Below, one piece after another: positions 1 through 5,866 of a stretch of 24,000 nt of DNA (its first letter is position 1; each line of letters starts with the position of its first letter). Both the position numbers and the translations under genes were made by a program. The notes under the pieces were generated by a model, which saw only the letters and a program-made list of their open reading frames with translations, was not told the origin of the DNA and did no database searches. Origin of the DNA: a bacterium sp. HQB-39 (GTDB taxonomy: Bacteria; Pseudomonadota; Gammaproteobacteria; Enterobacterales; Vibrionaceae); assembly GCA_043422575.1 (NCBI GenBank), contig JBHOHG010000010.1:105919-129918 (forward strand), in the 5' to 3' direction.

Positions 1-1
1 T

Positions 2-1264
2 GATATGGATGCTTGGTACGTGTTGGACCCTGTGATTACGGTTCATCCTGACCAAGTGTTTTTTGAATGCTTTTCAGAAGATGAATCCAGCTACGGCAAA
101 TTAAGCTGCAACTACGACGCATTTGAAAAGATTAGCGATAAAGAGTATGGCACGACGAACATTGATTACTCTCAAGGGCTTTATGACGAGTTCCAGAAGA
201 TCCGAGATTATCGCCAGACCCAGCTTAAAGTGGATCCAGATGGTTTTAGTGTTCAGACGAGTGGTAGTGAAGCATTTGATGAGAAGAAAATCGACCTACC
301 TGAATCTTGGGTAAGAGGGTTTCTTCAGGTCAGTTCTGCCATGACCATGCCTATGGTCAAAATCACGTTACAACCTATGGATATTCATAATATCTGTACG
401 CACTTGAAGCAGAAAAAAGAGCGCGTAGGGCCTCGTTCAATGCGTTTTGAACTGACGCCAGATCAACCGATACGCATTGTGATGGAACCTTGGAATGATG
501 TGATTGTATGTCCACGATCGATCTATCGAGGAGAGAAGCAAAGAAGCATTCGAACTTGGGGACGTCGTCGTTTGTTAATACTTGAGCGATTATTGGCGGT
601 GACGGATAGCTTTGATGTCTGTTTACTCGGCGATGGGATGCCGTCGTTCTACTTAGCGAATATGGGCAATCTAACATTTACCCTAGGTTTATCAGGTTGG
701 AGCGCAAATGACTGGTCGGCGGCAGGGCAATTTGATTTACTTGCCCCGCGAGAGCCCGTCGATGAAGTCACCAGTCAACAAATTTATGTCGCACTACAGT
801 CTACTCAACAAGAGAGTGCACACAGCTTATCCATCCGATTGGGGCTTGAAGTCAGTGTAGTAAAGTCCGCGTTGGCGCAATACAGCCAGTTGGGACAAGT
901 GCTTTATGACATTGAACTCGATGTGTATCGCATCCGTCATCTCTACAAGGAGCCGATAGAATTAGACCAGATTCGTTTTGCGAACGAACGAGAGGAAAAA
1001 GCACAGCGTTTTGTCGATGCCAATTTAGTCACCATTACCAAACTTGAGCATTCTGATTTAGGTGCCGAGGTTTGTGGCTCGGTATTGGATGATGGAAAAG
1101 AATACATAGTGAAACTGAAATTGGACAGCGACCAACGTTTAATTGACGCTGAATGCCAATGTCATTTCTGGTTTACTAACAAGCTGAGACAGGGTCCATG
1201 TGAGCATATTTTGGCGTTGAGAATTTTCGCGCAAAGTAAAATGCAGCAGGAGGTGACAGCGTGA
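2..1264 (+). CDS. Winged-helix + SWIM zinc-finger protein, a candidate retron accessory gene. The reading frame is open to the window edge, so the true start may lie upstream.
   Basis: Long ORF with a first in-window ATG at 5. SWIM CxC...CxH signature CQCHFWFTNKLRQGPCEH at nt 1154-1207. It is preceded by a wHTH-like segment (SLSIRLGLEVSVVKSALAQYSQLGQVLYDIELDVYRIRHL). It lies directly upstream of the RT on the same strand. Confidence 0.8.
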   Translation, partial: DMDAWYVLDPVITVHPDQVFFECFSEDESSYGKLSCNYDAFEKISDKEYGTTNIDYSQGLYDEFQKIRDYRQTQLKVDPDGFSVQTSGSEAFDEKKIDLPESWVRGFLQVSSAMTMPMVKITLQPMDIHNICTHLKQKKERVGPRSMRFELTPDQPIRIVMEPWNDVIVCPRSIYRGEKQRSIRTWGRRRLLILERLLAVTDSFDVCLLGDGMPSFYLANMGNLTFTLGLSGWSANDWSAAGQFDLLAPREPVDEVTSQQIYVALQSTQQESAHSLSIRLGLEVSVVKSALAQYSQLGQVLYDIELDVYRIRHLYKEPIELDQIRFANEREEKAQRFVDANLVTITKLEHSDLGAEVCGSVLDDGKEYIVKLKLDSDQRLIDAECQCHFWFTNKLRQGPCEHILALRIFAQSKMQQEVTA

Positions 1265-1347
1265 TAGTTACCTGGCTCTCAAAAACATCATATGCAAGTG
1301 ATTTTGTACTTGCAGCACAGCCGTTTAACTTTAGAATGTTCGGTAAC

Positions 1348-1571
1348 AGTAGCGCGGCAGAAGAACCTTGCATCTCGAATGGTGGATCGCCATTCAGGTT
1401 TTATGACTGCCCACGCATCACTGATGCTATCTTTACTGAACCGTACGGTCACCTATGTCGCTATTGCGGTATGACTTCGATGAAGTCAATGAGCGACATA
1501 GGTAACGTACGGCATCGAGTTGATAACCTCAGTACCAAGAACTCTTCGAAGGAATATCTCGTCGCGCTACT
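1348..1571 (+). ncRNA. Candidate retron msr-msd non-coding RNA
   Basis: A 9-nt inverted repeat, AGTAGCGCG (1348-1356) and CGCGCTACT (1563-1571), brackets the region. A G follows immediately at 1357, in the position of a branching G. Two short hairpins lie at 1377-1395 and 1415-1427. A long nested hairpin at 1441-1512 has 7+12 bp arms plus an inner 7-bp hairpin at 1472-1488. The element sits about 100 nt upstream of the RT start, as in retrons. Boundaries are inferred. Confidence 0.45.
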
Positions 1572-1669
1572 TTCCTTCCTTTCGCACAAGGTGACTGCGT
1601 GTCACAAACATCTTCAACTCACCCTTCGACGTCACGTCTTACGTCCAGCCTCATTTGAGGAGCATTGCT

Positions 1670-3538
1670 ATGTCTGATTCCATTACGTCTAACTCCAACA
1701 CATCTAACTCCAACACACAAACGACGCGAGAGAATGATGAATCTCAGCCGAAACTTACTCGTCAACAAATCTATGACCGTGTTCGCCAAAGCAGTAAAGA
1801 TGAATACATACTGCAAGAAATGGTCAGGCTCGGCTTTTGGGAGCATGATGAAGAAAAGCCAACTTTAGCGCAGGAGTTTGTGCAACGTCGGAGCGAACTC
1901 AACAGTAAGATTCGTGAACTGAGCAAACTTGATGAGATATATTCTGATCCGGATAAAGCGCTTGAAGCGATGCGCAAGGAACGTAAAAAAGCGGCGCTGA
2001 TTAAGCGAGAAGAGACCAAACAAGCACGTAATCAATCACGCTATCAAAGAGCACTGCAGTGGTTCGAAAAACAGAAGTATCAAATTACGTGGTTAGGCGA
2101 GCATGTATCACAAGGACTGGGGAAGCAAGAGTGCGATGAAACCCGCCTAGATAGACAGCAAATTCCAGTGTTTCATAAAGCGGAACACTTGGCACAAGCA
2201 ATGGGCATAAGTGTGCCAGAATTGCGATTCTTAGCTTTTCAAAAAGAAGTGTCGAAAGTCTCTCATTATCAAAAATTCACCATCCCAAAGAAGACGGGAG
2301 CGCCACGATCTATTTCGGCGCCTATGCCTCGTTTAAAACGAGCTCAGTACTGGATTTTAGAGAACATATTGAATGAAGTGACCATTCATGGTGCCGCTCA
2401 TGGCTTCGTGCCAAAGAGAAACATCGTCACGAATGCGGAGCTTCATGTAGGTAAAGAAGTTGTGATCAACATGGATCTTAAAGACTTCTTTCCGAGCATA
2501 AGCTATCGCCGAGTGAAAGGGGTTTTCCGTGGTTTTGGCTACAGCGAAGAAATTGCGACCATACTCGGATTGTTGACGACGGAACAAGACACGCAGAAGG
2601 TCGAGATGGACGGGGATACTTGGCATGTTGCCACAGGAGAGCGTCGATTACCTCAAGGAGCACCATCCAGCCCTGCGATAACGAATGTGTTATGTAATCG
2701 TCTTGATTCTAGATTACAAGGCATGGTGAACAGTCTCGGCTTTGAGTACACTCGCTATGCGGATGATCTTACTTTCTCAGGAAACGACCCTAAAAAGGTT
2801 CAAGCGCTGTTATGGCGAGTCAAGCAAATCGTCGCTGACGAAGGGTTTACTCTCCACCCTGATAAAACCAGAGTGATGCGTCGACATCAGAAGCAGGAGG
2901 TGACTGGCGTCGTCGTTAATGACAAGATCTCGATTGATCGTAAAACCTTGAAGCGATTCCGAGCGACGTTACATCAGATTGAGAAAGATGGTCCAGAAGG
3001 AAAGGTGTGGGGAGCTGGTGAACTGTTCCAGTCTCTGCAGGGGTATGCTCAGTTTGTTTCAATGGTAAATACCGTTAAAGGTGTGCCATTAGAGAAAAAG
3101 GTAATCGATCTCAAGCGTAAATATGGCATATCGACCAAGCCGGGGCGCATCACCGAGTTAAATAAGCGATTATTCCGAGAAAAGGCGGCGCAAGGGGAGG
3201 CGCCAAGAGGTGACTGGTGGCAACCTGAAGAGAAATCAGCTCCCGAGCTAGAGTTGACCGCGCAGCAAAAAGCGGAACAGAAAAAGCGTGAAAAACACAA
3301 TGCTCGATACAGCGAAACACCGACCAGCGATGAATCAAGCAGTGAAGTGCAGACAGAAACGGTGGTCGACGCCGAATCACAAGATTCAACCAAAGAGGAT
3401 AAAGAGGAAGTCGGACCGTTTATATATATTCTGGCTATCGTGTTCTCTCCGTTAATTCTCTTTCTTTTCCTTTTATACCGTTTTCCTACAGCGACGATCT
3501 TAATGCTGATTCTAGGATTTATCATTTTTGGCGATTAA
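1670..3538 (+). CDS. Retron-type reverse transcriptase with an approximately 190-aa N-terminal charged extension and a C-terminal acidic linker plus two hydrophobic helices
   Basis: ATG at 1670 with GAGGAG 8 nt upstream; the ORF-track TTG start at 1655 is less likely. Motifs: NAELH (NAxxH) at 2432-2446, MDLKDFFPSI, RYADDLTFS (YADD at 2756-2767), and QEVTGVVVN (VTG at 2900-2908). The C-terminus FIYILAIVFSPLILFLFLLYRFPTATILMLILGFIIFGD is strongly hydrophobic. Confidence 0.9.
   Translation: MSDSITSNSNTSNSNTQTTRENDESQPKLTRQQIYDRVRQSSKDEYILQEMVRLGFWEHDEEKPTLAQEFVQRRSELNSKIRELSKLDEIYSDPDKALEAMRKERKKAALIKREETKQARNQSRYQRALQWFEKQKYQITWLGEHVSQGLGKQECDETRLDRQQIPVFHKAEHLAQAMGISVPELRFLAFQKEVSKVSHYQKFTIPKKTGAPRSISAPMPRLKRAQYWILENILNEVTIHGAAHGFVPKRNIVTNAELHVGKEVVINMDLKDFFPSISYRRVKGVFRGFGYSEEIATILGLLTTEQDTQKVEMDGDTWHVATGERRLPQGAPSSPAITNVLCNRLDSRLQGMVNSLGFEYTRYADDLTFSGNDPKKVQALLWRVKQIVADEGFTLHPDKTRVMRRHQKQEVTGVVVNDKISIDRKTLKRFRATLHQIEKDGPEGKVWGAGELFQSLQGYAQFVSMVNTVKGVPLEKKVIDLKRKYGISTKPGRITELNKRLFREKAAQGEAPRGDWWQPEEKSAPELELTAQQKAEQKKREKHNARYSETPTSDESSSEVQTETVVDAESQDSTKEDKEEVGPFIYILAIVFSPLILFLFLLYRFPTATILMLILGFIIFGD
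1688..1717 (+). repeat. Perfect 15-nt tandem duplication TCTAACTCCAACACA x2, encoding SNSNT x2 in the RT N-terminus
   Basis: Read directly: 1688-1702 is identical to 1703-1717. Confidence 0.95.
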
Positions 3539-3585
3539 CTGAACATCACTGATGGCAGGTGTGAATCATTCTGTGCGTTGTATTC

Positions 3586-3613
3586 TACCCAGTGTTTGCG
3601 ACGATACTGGGTA
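3586..3613 (+). other. 8-bp hairpin (TACCCAGT ... ACTGGGTA) between the RT and GNAT genes; a member of the ACCCA(A)G/C(T)TGGGT hairpin family
   Basis: Perfect inverted repeat 3586-3593 / 3606-3613 with a 12-nt loop. There is no T-run, so it is not a classic intrinsic terminator. Confidence 0.5.
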
Positions 3614-3628
3614 TCATTGAGGGGTTTT

Positions 3629-4153
3629 ATGTTGTACGTGTTTTCAGAACCAGTTCGAATGGAAATCGAGAGCTTGCCTATATCATTACTCATGGAAGCG
3701 GAGCCCTGTGAGTTATCTATCCAGCAATACCCACCGCATGCTGAAGCTATCGCAGTGTTTGCTCGTGAAGAAGGGTTGATCAATCAACGTGTGGCAGGCT
3801 GTTTAGTATGGGCAGAAGTTCAAACTGAACGTGATGTAAAGGTAGTGGAAATCTTAAATTTATCTGTTTTTGAGCACTATCAAGAACAAGGAATTGGCTC
3901 CAAATTGCTTGAGAATGTAATTCGTGTTCTCTCTAAGCAGGGAGTTGATGAAATCGTTCTTTCAACGGGAACGTTTGGATACCAACTTGCCTTTTATCAA
4001 AGATTTGGGTTTCGGGTTGTTGAAGTACAGAAGGATCACTTTATTGAGAAATACCCCCAAGCAATTTTCGAACATGGAATACGTCATAAAGATGCTCTAA
4101 AGCTTTCTCTCACGCTTGACTTGGAATATACCCAAGTAACCTCGAGATGCTAG
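3629..4153 (+). CDS. GNAT family N-acetyltransferase
   Basis: Acetyl-CoA binding motif QEQGIGSKLLENV and a C-terminal YQRFGFR motif. ATG at 3629 follows GAGGGG; the ORF-track start at 3578 lacks a Shine-Dalgarno sequence. The last 8 codons and the stop codon lie inside repeat copy 1. Confidence 0.8.
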   Translation: MLYVFSEPVRMEIESLPISLLMEAEPCELSIQQYPPHAEAIAVFAREEGLINQRVAGCLVWAEVQTERDVKVVEILNLSVFEHYQEQGIGSKLLENVIRVLSKQGVDEIVLSTGTFGYQLAFYQRFGFRVVEVQKDHFIEKYPQAIFEHGIRHKDALKLSLTLDLEYTQVTSRC

Positions 4154-4173
4154 GTTCAGCGATAACTGCTTGG
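4128..4173. repeat. 46-nt repeat, copy 1 (43/46 identical to 5577-5622); internally forms an ACCCAAG...CTTGGGT hairpin
   Basis: Direct alignment by eye. A 25-nt perfect block is followed by 3 mismatches, at 4153, 4163 and 4165. Confidence 0.9.
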
Positions 4174-4303
4174 GTTGTTTGTAAGGAGATTTGCTAGCAA
4201 GTAATTAAACCATACTTGCCACAAGTTACGTTTCAGTTTTTTGACAAATCATTGAGGTGAACTACTCTTTAGAGAATTCTTAACGTCACGAAAGGAGACG
4301 CCG

Positions 4304-4498
4304 ATGGCAAGACTCAAGCAAGATATTCCTCACCGCGTAACGGTATATCATGATAGCGATGAGCAGGAAAGAGAGCTAAAGAATGCAATGAAACCTGAAA
4401 AGCCTAGCTATTGGAATGGCTCTCCAACCTACAAAGCTGAAAGCCTTGCAGAATTTGAAGAAAAAATTAGCCAGCTAGGGATTTCCATCGAGAAGTAG
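4304..4498 (+). CDS. Small hypothetical protein (64 aa, hydrophilic)
   Basis: Strong RBS AAAGGAGA 6-7 nt upstream of the ATG, and an intrinsic terminator about 30 nt downstream. No recognisable domain. Confidence 0.7.
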   Translation: MARLKQDIPHRVTVYHDSDEQERELKNAMKPEKPSYWNGSPTYKAESLAEFEEKISQLGISIEK

Positions 4499-4527
4499 CT
4501 TCTACTAGTGATAAATAGAGTAAGAGT

Positions 4528-4558
4528 AAGCCCAAGAGATGATTCCCTTGGGCTTTTT
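4528..4558. terminator. Rho-independent terminator, probably bidirectional, between convergent small genes
   Basis: AAGCCCAAG (4528-4536) pairs with CTTGGGCTT (4547-4555), followed by a T-run on the + strand. Confidence 0.75.
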
Positions 4559-4572
4559 GGTTTGTCAGATAC

Positions 4573-4899
4573 CTAGTAGCAAGGCCCACCACCATCACTG
4601 CAAGATGATGAGTCCATAGTTCCGTTAGAGTGATGATAATTACCACCAATACCATTTGAGTAGCAGCAGTTTTTAGCAAGGATTTCTCTATCTGGCGTAT
4701 TAGGAACCTGAATGTCAGCCTCGTCAGATGTTGGGCCTTCGAGATCCATTTTATTTAGGTTGCTAATAAATAATGCTAATAAAACAATTGAAAAAATGGC
4801 TGAAATTATGGTGTATAAGTTCAATCCAAATGTTGAATAAATTTGTATGGTAATGAGAAAGACTATAAATTTGGCACATAAAATCAAAGGTGCAATCAT
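4573..4899 (-). CDS. Small membrane protein: two N-terminal TM helices plus a Cys/Gly/Ser-rich tail (108 aa)
   Basis: RBS AAGGATG upstream of the ATG. Hydrophobic segments at roughly aa 3-20 and 27-46. The tail ends ...NCCYSNGIGGNYHHSNGTMDSSSCSDGGGPCY. No family recognised. Confidence 0.65.
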   Translation of the reverse strand: MIAPLILCAKFIVFLITIQIYSTFGLNLYTIISAIFSIVLLALFISNLNKMDLEGPTSDEADIQVPNTPDREILAKNCCYSNGIGGNYHHSNGTMDSSSCSDGGGPCY

Positions 4900-5107
4900 A
4901 TGTCATCCTTTTCTATGAATGAGTAACTTTTATAGCTTAAAAGGTGGATGTTTACTTTTCATTATTGCTCTAATTCGGTACTAGTCTCACATATTGTGAA
5001 AATGAAAATGATATAAAAGTAATTAAATCGAGGGGAGATTGGAAAGTAAAGTAATGTTTATGCCTATGATTTTAAGATCCAAACATTAATAATTACGACT
5101 TCATTCT

Positions 5108-5374
5108 CTAATCACCACCATCGCCTCCACCACCACTGTCGCTATCGCCAAATCCATTTTCATCGTCGCTATAATAAGTATGGAATGACTTTACTGATAA
5201 GAGCAAGTCTCGGACCTCTTTCGGGATGACAAAAAAATAGATCATGAGTAAGTTAATAGCGAGCGTTATGAGTCCGTAAAACTCTGAATTTTCTGATGAA
5301 AAGAAGCGAGTGGTTAAACCGAGGGAGAAAGTAAAAATCGTCACAAATAGAAAGACTTTCATATCTTGATCCAT
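5108..5374 (-). CDS. Small membrane protein: two TM helices plus an acidic Gly-rich tail (88 aa)
   Basis: Same architecture as the 4573-4899 ORF. The tail ends ...YYSDDENGFGDSDSGGGGDGGD. The RBS is weak, and an alternative start exists at the MKVF methionine (5362). Confidence 0.55.
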   Translation of the reverse strand: MDQDMKVFLFVTIFTFSLGLTTRFFSSENSEFYGLITLAINLLMIYFFVIPKEVRDLLLSVKSFHTYYSDDENGFGDSDSGGGGDGGD

Positions 5375-5576
5375 GATTCAATATACGTAACGCCGTTGAG
5401 GGTGTTTGCTTATGGCGTTAAAAACTGCGTTTCTAATACCATAACCATTGAGATTAACCGTTTGTGACCGTGAGTTTTAGCGATTGTTTTATGTTTCTCA
5501 CCATTTACTAAAACCTCACAGCTACAATTAATAGCAGCTACAGAATTTTAATTGTGAGACAAAGGTACTAAGTTTG

Positions 5577-5622
5577 ATACCCAAGTAACCTCGAGATGCT
5601 ACGTTCAGCGAGAGCTGCTTGG
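5577..5622. repeat. 46-nt repeat, copy 2 (direct repeat of 4128-4173)
   Basis: 43/46 identity. Its first 10 nt, ATACCCAAGT, also form a perfect inverted repeat with ACTTGGGTAT at 5831-5840. Confidence 0.9.
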
Positions 5623-5866
5623 TTTGATAGCAAGGCATTGCTTTGAAGATCTAGTGGCTCTAAATCAAGAAGCGATAACACAGCTAGCGAGCCAAGCAGA
5701 CTCGCCCTTCGGGAGCCTGTCACTGGCTTCACTTCTGCGTTAGAGACATTGAAAATAGAATGACTATTTCCTTCATCTCTGCCTTGAATTGAAACCAGTG
5801 ACAAGGCTCTGAATACCGCATCTTGAAGTCACTTGGGTATAAGATGGGGCATTGTAAAGCAGATCC

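Noticed and set aside
1261-1677. A 138-aa ORF filling the whole SWIM-RT intergenic region.
   Set aside because: It has a GTG start overlapping the SWIM stop codon and no Shine-Dalgarno sequence. The sequence has no recognisable domain character. The DNA is packed with stable hairpins, consistent with a retron ncRNA lying immediately upstream of a retron-type RT. It cannot be fully excluded without comparative data.
4128-5622. A Vibrio superintegron cassette array with attC (VCR-like) sites.
   Set aside because: The repeats are only about 46 nt. They lack recognisable R''/R' core sites (RYYYAAC / GTTRRRY) and the length and symmetry of VCR-type attC sites. The genes inside are in mixed orientation, and no intI gene is nearby.
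5568-5804. A 78-aa minus-strand ORF downstream of rtcR.
   Set aside because: It has no RBS and a low-complexity Leu/Ser-rich sequence. It spans the repeat copy and the nested inverted repeats. It is more likely non-coding.
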